Below, in pieces: positions 11,275 to 24,100 of a stretch of DNA of 64,000 bases. The position numbers and the translations under genes were made by a program. The notes beneath the pieces are model-generated. The model searched no databases, had not been told where the DNA came from, and saw only the letters and a list, made by a program, of their open reading frames with translations. Position 1 is the stretch's first letter, and each line of letters starts with the position of its first letter. The DNA lies in assembly GCA_028534125.1 (NCBI GenBank), contig CM052816.1, positions 33,668,001-33,732,000 on the forward strand, given 5' to 3'. This stretch comes from Lama glama. Taxonomy: Eukaryota.

Positions 11275-11853
11275 GGATATCATCTATTTTCTCATCCAGA
11301 TATATTCTTTGCCCTTCCCTGTCCTGCTTTGTACCTCCAGGGAGGCTGACTCATGGGACTGTATGAGCAGGCTCCCTTGACTTCCAGCTTCTGGGAGATA
11401 TTGGCAAGAGATCAGAGGGGAGGAAGATGGTGAAGTTGGAATTTTAATTCAACTACTTTCTTCCTGTTAGCTCATCATAGATTGGATGCTTTCCTTTCCT
11501 GGAGGCTCCAGGTCTTGTTGGTTGACCTTCTCATCTTGCCGCCTTCCAGGTTCTGGTAACCATTCCCACACTTTGTCCCTTTTGGTCTAGGGGTGATAAC
11601 AGTTCCTTATTCTTTTTAGCCTGGAGGTACTGCTTTATTCCAGATGTTACAATTTGGCTGGGCCAGACCCAGTTTATACCCATTGTCCTGGCATAATTTA
11701 TTAATAGAGCTTCCTCGTACCCTGAAAAGTGATGCAACTTAAACAATAAATTATATGACTTATAACAACTTCCCTATAGTTCCTTGGTAAACTCCCCTAT
11801 AATTACCCAGTTGGAATGTGCCACTTGTTTCCTGTGGGACCCCTGACTGATAC
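11275..11853 (+). mobile_element. LTR33-like ERVL solo LTR
   Basis: 'ccctttggtctaggggtgataacag...taaactcccctataattacccagttggaatgtgccacttgtttcctgtgggacccctgactgatac' matches the LTR33 3' end. Confidence 0.7.
11641..11762. mobile_element. MER94/MER81-like hAT MITE nested in the LTR
   Basis: 'ccagtttatacccattgtcctggcataatttattaatag...aaacaataaattatatg' interrupts the LTR. Confidence 0.55.
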
Positions 11854-12658
11854 GGTCACCTACAGTCATCACCAGTATGCCATCACTTGAAACCATCATT
11901 TAACATTCTTTTCCTCACCTTTTGTGTCTACCTTTGGCGTCATAGTAGTTCTATAACTTTGGCACAGGAAATGGCAGCTCTTGATATATAATTAAATGCT
12001 AGATTTTAGAAAAAAAGTTTTCCTGCTCTTGACTGTGAAAGATGAGTTATAAGAAATTTTGCAATCTTCTTTTTTTTCCCCCCAAATGATACGTCTTCCT
12101 CATAATATTGCCAGCCAGGGTTTGCCAGAAAGCTCCACACCTACTTGACTCTATTGTGTAGTTTTCTTCATAGTTGAGACCTCATTGTTTATGTATAAAA
12201 GGATCTTAAGAAAAGCGACCATTATGTGAGTTAGGTGATATGTGAGGCAGATGGTAGCCATTAGCTTATTTCTTATCTGTTAAGAGGCCATCCAGTTAAT
12301 TATATGCTTTATGGTGAACCTCACTACTATCAGTAATGATATCTGGGTTGAGTGATCACCCTAAGTATTTCCTCTCTTAAATATAATAAACTCTGAACAA
12401 CCATTTTATGATCATGCCTCATTAAGGTCTACTTTCTTCCCATAGAGCTGGTCAGGGTTTCTTAGAAAAGGTTGCCTGAGGATTCTAGAATCCCAGAGCA
12501 GTGGCAGAGGTGGAAGGAGGAAGAAAAATAAAAGAAGGAAGAGACTGAAAAGTTGAGGATGATAAATAGACAGCAAAGAAATTTGGCATCTGAGAATTTG
12601 GCCTGGGGTGTGTCCTCAGGTGGGACTATCACCTAGAAAAGATGCTGTGAGTTTAGAG

Positions 12659-12881
12659 CAGGTGGTTAGCAAACTACAGCCTGTGGGCCAAATCCTGTCC
12701 ACCTGTTTGCTTTTGGAAAGAAAGTGTATTGGAACACAGCTATGCTCGTTTGTTTATAGCATTGTCTCTGGCTGCTTTTGCTCTGCAAAGACAGAGTTGA
12801 ATAGTTGAGACAGAAACTATCTGTCCTGCAAAGCTTAAAATGCTTGGTATCTAGTCTTCCACAGGAAGTTTACAGACCTCT
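12659..12881 (+). mobile_element. MER58A-like hAT-Charlie MITE
   Basis: 'cagg..ttagcaaactacagcctgtgggccaaatc...tattggaacacagc...ggaagtttacagacctctg'. Confidence 0.85.
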
Positions 12882-14089
12882 GCTGTAGAGAATATTACAC
12901 ATAGCCTTATAGTAGTTTGGCTGTTGACTTTCTATAGTGCTTTCAATTCTTTTACTGAAAAGAAGATCATTAACAGTGTGTAATGGTCCTATGGCCCCAA
13001 ACCAGTACTTTCTCCATGACCATAGTCTTTCAGTCAAGGGGTTTTTTCCTCCCTTTTGTTCTGACTTCTTACCCTTCTTCATCAAAATTTGTACTATAAA
13101 CTTCTAATTCATATTAAGTATCTAGGAATATCGATTGATTATACTCCCAAGTTCCCAAGTCCTTTCTCATGTACTCCTAACAGTTTTAAAGTTTCACATC
13201 TCTTTTAGAAAATATTTGTTCCAGAAATGCATTTGAAAAGAAGAGATGGAGCCTACAAACAAAGATACACAATGAGTACATCATACTTTGTTATTTTTAC
13301 AAAACTAGGAAAGAACCTCCATGACTCGCTATCTCAGAGAATATAGGGTACTACTCTCATCTATTTGAAAAAAGAGGATTACAGAATTGTAGTGTAGGTG
13401 TTACTCTTATTAGAAGCATGTGCCAGTATACAGCTTCATTGTTATTTAATTTAATGAAGAATACTTGCTTTTCCTCAAAACCTCCAAACTTCTCTGATAA
13501 AATGAATTGAGTTACTTTTCCCATGTACTTGTGTAAAGTCAGAACTTTTTTATTGGTGACTTTTCTTTAAGAGATTTTTTCTAGAGGACAATAATTTTTT
13601 AATCTTGGTAATTTCTGACATATGCATTTGAATTCATGCATTCATGAAGCTGATGCTTATATCTGCATTCAACTTAGGGGCTAGCATATTGCCTCATTAT
13701 GTCTTAATGTAACTAAATTCTATTTAATATTTATTAAGCTGTTAGTTGCACTGAAGTAAATCCAAACATTCAGATAATGCCAGATGGTATTTTGTTTTAT
13801 AAATAAACGACTAAAAAAACCCACGAGATATAATAATTTAAACAGTATAATGGGTCATTGAGTAGTCAGTCAGTTTAAGAATCAAGAGATGAAGGCATAT
13901 GGTCCTGACTTTGACTTGGGGCAGTTTGCTTACACATTCTGTTTTCTCTTTATGTCTCACTGGGATGATTAAAGGAGGAATTAATATATCTAAAAGCCCT
14001 TGAATATTTGGAGAGGCCAAGCTGTGCGTTTTATGCGTTAAAATGCAGAAGCACTGAGCACACGAGTCTCCATTCATCTTAGATAGACT

Positions 14090-14253
14090 GTGCACCATGA
14101 GGTGTCTCAGTGGGAGTAGTCGCCGTCCCCTGCACTGGAGAAGCAGTGTTCCTGAGCAGTTCTGTAATGATCAGGAGTGAGCATTTATCTCCTGCAAAGG
14201 GCTTGGAGCGACAATCTGCATGAGTTATTATTTTTCAGTTGCAGAGCAAGGCT
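14090..14253 (-). pseudogene. Exon-like segment with a degenerate IQ-like motif
   Basis: Minus strand 14208-14185 reads CTC CAA GCC CTT TGC AGG AGA TAA = LQALCRR*, two single-base changes from LQALCRGY. It is bounded upstream by an MLT1 insertion. Confidence 0.3.
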
Positions 14254-14600
14254 GAGTATCTGTTTTCCTCTGCTCAGGATGTAATAACACGATACCATAA
14301 ACTGGGTGGCTTCAACAACAGACTTACTTCTCCCAGTTCTAAAGGCTAGGGAGTTCATGATCAAGATGCTGGCTGGGTAGTTTCTGGTAAGAGCTCTTTT
14401 CCCTGGCCTGTAAACAGTTGCATCCTCATATGGCAGAAAGAGAGATCATCTCTTTGGTGTCTTTTCTTGTAGTGACACTAATCCCATCATAAGGGATCAA
14501 CACATAAAACCTAATTACCTCCCAAGACCATCACACTGAGGATTTGTGATTCAACGTCTGAAATTTTTTTAGTGTGGGGAGGGAAATTCAGTTTGTAATA
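14254..14600 (-). mobile_element. MLT1A-like MaLR solo LTR
   Basis: 'taataacacgataccataaactgggtggcttcaacaacaga...gacactaatcccatcataaggg...cctaattacctccca'. Confidence 0.85.
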
Positions 14601-14799
14601 TGCATATCTATCTCACAAGTTGTAGAAAAGCAGTACTCCGTAAGTAGAAACTAGGGTCTAGATCCTGGAGGCCAGAAACTTCTACTTCTTTTCAGTCTCC
14701 ATGATAAATAGAAAATACATATTTTTTGGAGTATTGGAAAAAAGTACTAGATGAAATCATTAGAATATTCAAATCATCTTTATGTTCTATATTTTAGGC

Positions 14800-17700
14800 A
14801 ATAAGAATTATTTTAAAGATACAGAAATTGTAGAGAATAACAAAACATCCATATCCTGGCTAGCCAACTCTAACAGTTTTAGCATTTTGCCATATTTGCT
14901 TTAAATTTTTTTTGAAAAGAAATACAACATTACAGATGCAATGCACTGTGGACTAGCTAATCATATTATATCAGTGTTAAATTTTCTCATTTTGATCTTT
15001 ATACCATGGTTATTATTTAGGTACAGGAGCACTATTTGTGCAACCTACTCTCAAATACTTCAGAAAAAAAGTGTGTGTGTATGTGTGTTGTATAGGGAGA
15101 GAGAGAGAAGAGTAAGAGGATAGAGATGAAGAAATAGATTAAGTGAGGAAAAGGGTATCTGCTAGTTCTTTGCTCTAGTCTTGTAACTATTTTCTGTTTC
15201 AAATTATATGAAAATAAAAACCTGCAAAAGAATTACAGATACAGTTGAAGCCTCTGTATCTTCCATAATCCCGTTATTACTGTTCGTTCCCCAAAGTAAT
15301 CATTACTCAGAATTTGGTGTTTATCACTTTCATGCATGGCTTGGTAATTTTTTAAACAAATATTATGTGTTCAAAAACAATATAGTTTTAAAAAACTTTA
15401 TGTAAATACTATTCTTTATGTATTCTTCCAGAGATATTATATACATATGTACATATGTTGATGCATATCAGCAGAATGTTATACATATCTGTTTACATCT
15501 GTTTTCATGCAAATGGTAACATTGTTATACATATACATATTATGAGCCCTCTTTACTTCAAATAATAATAAGCCTTAGACACTGTTCCATATTATTGCAT
15601 AAGAGTTTTCTAGAATTTTTGTTGTTTCATAGTATTCTATTTGTATGTAAATACCAAGATTTATTTAAAGTTTCTTATTTTTATGAAATTATTTTCAATC
15701 TGCTATTTGAAACAGTGCTTCAGTGAATAACTTTGTGTGTCATCACTTAGCATATTTTGCCCATGTGTGAATTATCTGTAAGATAAATACCTACAAGTAA
15801 AATTGTAGATTCAAAAGGTATATTCATTTGCAATTCAGGTAGACATTATTTATCTATCTACATATTTACCTATCTATCTATCTATATCATTTATTATCTG
15901 TCTATAGAGGTACCAATAACAGAGTCTCACACCAGTAACATATGAGAATGTGGGTTCCCAGTCAACAAAAGATGTTATCAGAATTACTGATTTTGCAAGT
16001 TTATGGGTGCAGAATTATTCTTCTTTGTGGTTGCTTCAGAGTTTATTATAAACAGCTTTAATTTATATATGCATAAGGGTCATTTGTATTTCCTCTCATG
16101 TGAGTTGTGTGCCTAAATGCTTGTCTGGTTTTCTAAAAGTTTTTTAGTAGTTTTGTATTAAATTGAAATAATTATTTATAAATTAGGGAAATTATCCCTT
16201 TGTCATAAAAATTGCCAATATTATTTTTAGGTTTGTGATTTGTCTTTGACTCTGCTTATAGTGGTTTCTGCTGTAGAGATTTATTTTTAAAAATTCAATT
16301 GAATTAATCAGTACTTTTTCTCATGTCTTCTTTTGTGTCATAGCTAGAAAACATTTTCCTACTCTGGGCTTAAAACAAGGAAACAATTTTTGTTCACAGT
16401 AGTACTATCATGGTTTCAATTTTTACATTTAAATCTTTGATCTTTCTGGAATTTACTCTGGAATAAGGTATAAGATAGGCATCTACCTTTTTCTAAACAG
16501 ATGGTTATCTGAATTTTGAAGAATTCATTTTCTTCCATTGATTACGTAGACATATCTTCCAGTATAAAACCACTTTAATTATCATAATTTTATATTAAAA
16601 TTTATTCCTGAAAATATTTTTTGCTCTGAAATGTACTTTTTCTAATAATAATAGAACCATCCTAGCTTTTGATTAATGAGAGCCTCATATATCTTTATCT
16701 ACATTTTTCTTTTGAACCTATTTATGTCTTATATTTAAAGTTGGTTTCTTATAGGCCTTGTTCTTTTTATACACTCTGACAGTCTTTGCCTTTCAATCTG
16801 AGTACTTATTTAGACCATTTATATTTAATATCATTATTGATAAGGTTGAGTTTGAATATCATTCTGCTATTTGTTTTTCCCACTATACCACATTTTCTTG
16901 TTTCCTTTTTCATTTTCTCTACCTTCTTTTGAATTAATTCAGTATTTTTTAGGATTCCATTTTATCACTGTATTTGCTCATTAGCTATGGTTCTTTTTGT
17001 GTGTCTGTGGCTGCTTTAGAGTTTATAGTATGTATCTTTAGATTATTGCAGTACACCTTCAGGTAACATACTATTTCATGTATAGTATAAATATGTCATA
17101 ACATAGTATTTCTATTTCCCTCTCTTGGCTTCTGTCCAATTGCTGTCAGATACTTTATTTCTACACATTTTAAGACCCTGCATTGTGTTATTATTTTGTT
17201 TGAACAGTCAGTTTTCTTTTAAAGCAATTTTTAAAATAAGAAAAATTTATCTTATATATTTATCCATGTAGTTATTTATTCCTCTGACTTTATGTAGGTC
17301 CCTATTTCCCTCTAGTAATAATTTTCCTTCTGCTTGAGGGACTTTCTCTAGCATTTTTGTAGTTCAAGTCTTCTGGTAAGGAATTCTTTCAGTATTTGTA
17401 TGTCTGACCTGCTCTCCCCCTCCCCTGGCTTTTTTTTTTTTAATTTTCAAAGATACTGTGCTGAATATTTTTTCTTTCATTATTTTAAAGATTTGCTCTA
17501 AAGGATTGCATTATTTCTAAAAATAAATCTGCTGTTATCTTTGTAACATAAGAATGAACATAGAAAGATTTTAAGATTTTTTTTTCTTCATCATGGGTTC
17601 TTTTTTCCCCTGTTTTATGGAGATATAATTGTCATATAACATTGTGTAAGTTCAAAGTGTACAAAGTGTTGATTTGATACAATTATATATATTACAAAAC

Positions 17701-19560
17701 CATTACCACCGTAGTATTCGTTAACACCTGCATCACTTCAAATGATTATTTCTTTTTTGTGGTGAGTACATTTAAGCTCTACTCTTTTGGAGGCTTTTGA
17801 GTATATAATACAATACTATTAACTATAATCACTATAGTTGATAGTTGCTGTACCTTAGATCCCCCAAGGAAAGCTTGGATAGCTATATTTGTATCAGGCA
17901 AAACAGACCTTAAGACAAAGACTGTAATTAGAGGCAAAGAAGGTCACTGTATAATAAGAGGGTCAGTTATCAAGAGGATGTAACACTTGTAAATATTTAT
18001 ATATCCAACATAGAAGTACCTAAACATAAAAAGCAAATACTAATAGACCTGAAGGGAGAAAGAGACAGCAAGACAATAGACAGTAAGGGATTTTAATACT
18101 CACTGTCAGTAATGGACAGGTCATTTAGACAGAAAATCAATAAGGAAACACTGGACTTAGGTCAGACCAGATGGACTAACAGACATTTACAGAACATTCC
18201 ATCCGACAGCAGTGGAATACACATTCTCCTCAGGTGCATATAGAACATTCACCAGAATAGATTGTATGTTAGGCCACAAAACAAAGTCTCTCAGGTGTAA
18301 CAAGACAATAATTTTCCGCATCTTTTCCTGCCATAGTGGTATGGAACTAGAAATCAGTTACAATAAAACTAGAAAATTTATAAATATGCAGATTAAACAA
18401 CCTGCTCCTGTACAATCAATGGGTCAAAGATGAAATTTTTTAAAATCTTGAGACAAAGGCAGATGGAAACACAACATACCAAAACTTATGGGATGCAGCA
18501 AAAGTAATCAAAGAAGGAAGTTTATAGTGATTAATGCCTGTATTAAGAAAAAAAGAAAGACCTCAAACAGCCTCTTCATCACTGCTTCTAAGTTACTTGG
18601 TTATGATATGCACTTTAATGTAGTTTTCATCATGTTTCTTGGGCTTGGGTTTTGTTGAACTTGAATCTGTGAGTTCATAGTTTTCATCAAATTTGGAAAA
18701 TGACCATTATTTCTTCAAATATTTTTGTTTGCTCCTATGGGAACACCAATTATATGTCTGTTGAGCCACTTGAAGTTGTCCTGCAGTTGAATGATTTCTT
18801 ATGCATTTTTTTCAATGTTTTCTATCTGTTTCATTTTGAATTATTTCTGTTGTTATATCCTCAAGTTAATATTTTTTTCTCCTGCTTAGTCTCATATGCT
18901 GTTAATGCCATCAAAAGTAGTTTTTTCCATCAAAAGTATTCTTAACTTTAGCTGTTGCATATTTTTTGTTTCTAAAAATCTGATTTGGAATTGTTTCTAT
19001 ATCTTTTATGATTCTATTTAGCAAGCTCATTTTTTCTCTATCTTATTAAACATATAGAATACAGTCGTATTAACTATTTCATGTCCTTTCTAGTAATGAT
19101 TTTATCTCTGTCATGTCTGGATCTGTTTCTGTTGATTGACATTTTTCTACCCATTATTGGTGGAATTTTTCTTCTTTCTTGTATTTCTAGTAATTTATGA
19201 CTGGATGATGATATTGCGAATTTTACATTGTTAAAAGTTGGATTTTTTAAATTAACGTTTATTCTTTGATCTGTAACATAGTTAATAACGAAGTTTTATT
19301 CTTTTGAGTCCTGAATTTAAGCTTTGTTAGGCAGGATCAGAGCCGTCTAGGGCTATTTTTACCCTGGGACAATGACTGCAACTTTCTGAGTACTCTAGTT
19401 GGTGAGCTATGAATTATGAGCTTTTCCATTTTGGTCAGATATTATTCCTGGCCGTGTGTGAACCCTAGGGATTATTCCCACTGCTCCTTTAGGGTGATTC
19501 TTTTCCTGGCACCTGGTGTTATCCTTGCATGCATTTGCCAATCAGTACTCAGCTGAAGGC
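14800..19560 (-). mobile_element. Cluster of old L1M fragments (mostly minus) with nested insertions
   Basis: T-rich L1 3'UTR/ORF2 antisense signatures such as 'aaatctttgatctttctggaattt', 'tttagaccatttatatttaatatcattattgataagg' and 'ttttcatcaaatttggaaaatg'. Confidence 0.75.
17602..18572. mobile_element. 5'-inverted (twin-primed) L1: minus 3' end (17602-17865) joined to a plus ORF2 endonuclease-region segment (17866-18572)
   Basis: The orientation switches at ~17865. Diverged TSD tcttcatcatgggttct (17585-17601) / tcttcatcactgcttct (18573-18589). The ORF remnant 'EYTFSSGAYRTFTRIDCMLGHK' is from the L1 EN domain. Confidence 0.8.
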
Positions 19561-19574
19561 CCCAGAGGGACCCA

Positions 19575-19990
19575 CATAGTGTCGTTATAAAGAAAACATG
19601 TTTGGAGTCATACAAACTTGCTTTCTTTTTAAAATTTATTTATTCTTTTGGTGAGGGGAGGTAATTAGCTCTACTTATGTATTTACTCTTAGAGGAGGTA
19701 CTGGGGGTTGAACCCAGGACCTCATGCATGCTAAACATGCACTCTACCACTTGAGCTATACCCCTCCCCTCAAACTTGCTTTCTAATTCCAGCTCTGCCA
19801 GTTACTACCTGTGTAATTTTGGTAAACTTACTTAAATTTTCTTAGCTCATGTTCTCATTTTAAAAATGGGAATAATAATAATTTAAGTGAAAAATAGTAA
19901 TACTGACTGTGCAGTAATAATGAGTGTGTAATAAGTGTTGCTTGGGGCTAGCACAGATCCTGGCACATGGTAAGTTTTAAATGCCACTAT
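19575..19990 (+). mobile_element. MIR, interrupted by a camelid SINE
   Basis: 'aattccagctctgccagttactacctgtgt...aaaatgggaataataat...cctggcacatggtaag'. Confidence 0.75.
19627..19770 (-). mobile_element. tRNA-Ala-derived camelid SINE (vic-1-like)
   Basis: Minus strand GGGGTATAGCTCAAGTGGTAGAGTGCATGTTTAGCATGCATGAGGTCCTGGGTTCAACCCCCAGTACCTCC has A and B boxes and an A-rich tail. Exact 14-bp TSD caaacttgctttct at 19613-19626 and 19771-19784. Confidence 0.92.
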
Positions 19991-20114
19991 AAAAGTGAAT
20001 GGACGTAGTGAGTGATGTTAATAGAATGTAATTGAATAAAGTACACTGTTCAGAACTTGCAGAGAAAATTTGTCAGCAATAGTCTGTAGTTGATTAGAAT
20101 AACAGAATTATTGC

Positions 20115-21485
20115 TTTCCAATTCAGCTCCTTGCTCAAGATGTGCCAAAGAGATAAAAGAAAGTCACTTTTTCACTTTGAAGAGTCTTTGAATCTTAGTG
20201 CAACTTCTCATTTTACCCTGTGTAAATGTAATTTTTCTTTTGTAATTTTTTCAACGTACTCAGTATTTTATATGTGTGTGTGTGTATGGAAGGTTAAATT
20301 ACTTACCATTGGCCACAAATTGTCAACAGCAGAACTAATACTAGAATTCAGATATTTTTCTGTGTCTCCAGGCAGTCTGGCTGGAAGAAGTAGAAATATT
20401 TTTTGTTTAAAGATACCTGAATAATTTTTTCTTGATTCATCCATCTTAATATTAATTTTCCAAAAGCTTTAACTTGGTTTTATGTTGCCTTGGTCGTTGC
20501 AACTTTGCTTGGTTACCTTGCCATATTTGGAATAGAAATTTGATCTTATTACTGCTTTATTATCTTGCTCTGTTTGATTATAAAAGTTTCTTTTCCCAAT
20601 TCTGTTTGTTTTTCATTCCAACATTGATTATTGAGCCATTATTGTTTGTTTTGTTCCCATATTTCTCTTGCTTTGCTTTATTTCATTTCACATTGTTTCA
20701 GAGGTTGACTTCTGGCAAGCGCTGCTTCAGTTTTGTGTAGAGAATGATGGGACAGCCATGCTTGAAGCTGATCTGTCGGTTTGGCTTTTGCTCTGGCTTC
20801 CAACTGCTCTAATGTATGGCTTTATTCCTTACCTCTACCCTTTCGCCTCATCTACCTTATCTCCCTTCATTTAGAGTCTCTTCATTACAGTCATCCTTTT
20901 CCCTGTCTCCTCCTCCTCCCGTAGGATTCCAATGACTGTCTGCTGCCAAAACACCAGTGGATGGCAAAGGAGTAGTTATGGCATGGAAAATTGTCTCCGT
21001 CCAAAATCTGCTATTCCTTTCTTGAAATGTGCTTTGTTTTCTTGCATTTTTGTTTATTTTAAATTTGATTTTGCCAACATTAATTTTGTATTGTACAAAA
21101 TTCACATTGGCTTGAACCATTTTCCTTTCCCATTTGCTTTTTACTGTTTCAATGCTACATTTACTTTCTTCTGTTCTTTGCTTCTGCTGCCATTTCTGTT
21201 GTTGCTTTTACTACTTACCTAGACCAACTTTTGCTTTGTGGTGCAGCAGGTGTTGATTTTTCTTTTATTTTCACTCCTATTTAGTAGTATGGAATTGTAT
21301 ATTATTATCAGTAAATTATTAAGCAGGTTATCTATGGGAATGTTAGCAGATATTTCATTTTGCTCATTAATAGATTTTGGCTCAGATGCATTTGCTTCAA
21401 ATCAATAGTTTTTATTAAGTACTTTCCAAGTTTTTCATTTTCCTTAATACTATTGATATTAAGGTATCTTTAAGAAGTTTGCAGC
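20115..21485 (-). pseudogene. Two candidate fossil coding exons (21485-20307 and 20217-~20115) separated by an 89-nt GT-AG intron
   Basis: Strong purine skew on the minus strand gives K/E/Q/N-rich peptides broken by stops and frameshifts (e.g. HTLEQLEARAKAKPTDQLQAWLSHH, MQENKAHFKKGIADFGRRQFS). Donor ATG|GTAAGT at 20307. Acceptor 'tttacacag|G' at 20217 is followed by GKMRSCTKIQRLFK (IQ-like). Confidence 0.45.
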
Positions 21486-21819
21486 CTTTTAGAAGTGTGC
21501 ACAGGACATCAATATATATGTATAATGAAGCACTGGAGAGACTAGTGTGAATAAATATTATAAGATGTAAGAAAAAATGAAAAACAATGTGGATTTGAAT
21601 TATTCTTTAAAAAAATCCATGGTTGATAGTGGTAGAATAGTAGGATTGGAGAAATTAGTTTTACTGGATGCAAGGTCATTCATTATACTGGAATCCGACA
21701 TAAGCTAGTTTACAAAAAACTTAGAAGCCATTGATCCTAAAAGATACCGATCTTTTGGATGATTTTTAATTTCTCACTATGATTCACTTAGGTACCATTT
21801 CATCAAATCCTATTTGTGA

Positions 21820-22032
21820 ATGTAGGGGAGACTTACAAATGTTTTCCAAAACCTATTCTTTTCTTCTTGACATTAATGAAATTGGGACTGGAAAGTGATT
21901 GCCCAGGTAGACTGTATCTCCTAGCTCTCTGGCAGCTAGACTTACTATGCTCTGTTACATGAGAAATAATTAAATTCTTTACTTCTTAAGTGACTGATCT
22001 CTGTTCTAGAATCTGGTCTACCTTAAATAACA
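21820..22032 (+). mobile_element. Old MLT1-type LTR fragment
   Basis: 'tatctcctagctctctggcagctaga...ttacatgagaaataattaaattctttacttcttaag'. Confidence 0.45.
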
Positions 22033-23104
22033 TAGTGGTATTCTTCCAAAATAGAACACAAGTATGATAAACCCTCTAGCTCTAAGATAAGTAAGACTGC
22101 CATATGTTTTGATATAATATTCTGAGGCATGTTCTATCTGGAGAATTGTCAGCTCCAATTTTAACTGTTTAAGTCTCATGGCTAACATCTATAACTCAGT
22201 CAAACTCAAGACGTCCAAGGGAGCCAATACAACTATCCTCCTCAGCTTCAACTCTTGTGTCCAATCAATTTTGCCTTCTGTTACTTTTCCCTGAGCCACG
22301 TTGTCCATGACAAAATGTTTAAGAAGAGGTAATAGTTCTGACCAATGTCTTAAACTGTGCTTGTACTGAATGAATGACTGAGGCTCTCTCTTGTGATTAC
22401 AACATTGGCTCTAGTCCAGGCTGTTTCTTTGGAGCACTTGCTGACAGCAAGTTAGTAGTGGGTTCCTTAAATTGTATCAGTCCTGAGGTCCTGGAGCAGT
22501 CCTACAGGACCTTGGAACCACTTTTGAGTCCATGAGTATGAAGTGTATGGCCAACTGAAATACAACTGCAGGAGATTTATGTCAAAGGCTGTAACTGGTT
22601 GTTCTGTTGTTTCCACAGTGGATGATTAGTAAAAGTAGAGAGAAAAGTAAAATTGAGACCAATAGATTCTGTCACTTGATAGCACCTGGACAGAGATTTG
22701 CTGGGAAAGGAAGTTGACAGTGATAACTAAGGAGAGATAAGAAGCTTTAGGATTATTTTATGGACATCTCCCATCCCTGAGACACTTGGGTATATATTTA
22801 AAGAGACCCCATTTTTCTATATATCAAATTTCTTAACTGTAAAATAAAGGAATTTAATAGATTGATATCTTTCAGATTTCAGAGTCTATGTTTCTATAGT
22901 TTTTTTTTTCTACACCAGTGTTCAAATGGACCAGAGAAAAGGGGAAAGACATTAAATATTTACTGGCTTGTTTATATTAGTTTCTAGCCAATTGTTTTAT
23001 TGATTAGTAGTATCTGTTTTATTGGAATTAACCAGTTACCAACAGGTAATTTTGAGAAGAGCAGTCAGATAGATGTAGAGTATCTATCTATCTGTCTATC
23101 TTTT

Positions 23105-23325
23105 ATTATATGCCAAACCCTGCTGTAATTACTTTATAAATATTATCTCATTTGTGTCACAACAATCCTATGCAGTAGATACTATTATTTCCCCCATTTT
23201 ACAGATGAGAAAACTGAGGCATAGGGAGACAAAGTAACTCTCCAAAAGTCACACAGCTAGTGCCTGGTGGATTGGAATTCAAGCACTCTGGCTCCAGAGG
23301 CAGTGATTTTAAGTATAATATTATA
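23105..23325 (-). mobile_element. MIR
   Basis: 'cccattttacagatgagaaaactgaggc...gtcacacagctag...ggaattcaagcactctggctccagag'. Confidence 0.88.
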
Positions 23326-23567
23326 TTGACAGAAGAAAAAAATAAAGAAAAAAAATCCGAGAAGCCCCCATTTGATAAAGGACAAAAGACAAAAACACCT
23401 ACTTGCTTCCCATCTTATCCTTTAAAGTGCACATATGCACACAAGTATGATTCAGAATAAAGTAGTACATACTAGAACTTATGTTGTCACTGTGCCTAGA
23501 ATAGTGTTATGATCATCACATATGCTATCCATTTTAATCTTCACAGCTGCTCTAGGATGTGATGGTA

Positions 23568-23640
23568 TTAGATTAAACCACAAAAAATTGCCCACCTTTG
23601 ACCATTTCTGATTTACAAAAATGGCAGTATCGTAAGAACA
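23568..23640. mobile_element. MADE2-like mariner MITE inside a MIR remnant
   Basis: 'ttagattaaaccacaaaaaattgcc...caaaaatggcagtatcgtaag' resembles the 80-bp MADE2. Confidence 0.45.
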
Positions 23641-23944
23641 GTAACAGGCTGAACCTTAACTACTGAAAGAACAGGAGCGCAGCATGGTTATGTTGCTTTT
23701 CCTAGGCTATGTAGATTGTGCGTGGTGGCACTGGTAACTTTAAATAAAGTTTGTCGGAGTCAAGACCTCTGGCTTCTAACCAAAATGCTGTTCTGCTTTT
23801 GCATATGCTGTTCTATAGAACTTTCATGATGTATATATGGCTATGTATCCTACTCTTCTGTTCCCTTTGTCCACGCACATGTTTGCACATACTCAGAATG
23901 GTACTGGTTGCTGTGGCTTCTTGTTTAACATTAAGGTCACTGTG

Positions 23945-24100
23945 GGGCCTTCCTACTCAAAGTACAGGCTGTGGATCCGCAGCATTGGCAGTACTGGATA
24001 GAAATGCAGAATCTCAGGCCCCACCCAGGATCTCTGAATCAGAAACTACATTTTAAGAAAATCTCCATAAATGTACGTAAAAGTATAATAAGCACGGCTG
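23945..24100. mobile_element. MER5A/B-like hAT MITE
   Basis: 'tagaaatgcagaatctcaggccccacccaggatctctgaatcagaaactacattttaa'. Confidence 0.8.

Noticed and set aside
19695..19770. tRNA-Ala gene (also at 32890-32967)
   Set aside because: The tRNA-like head continues into a SINE tail and is flanked by TSDs, and the stems are degenerate.
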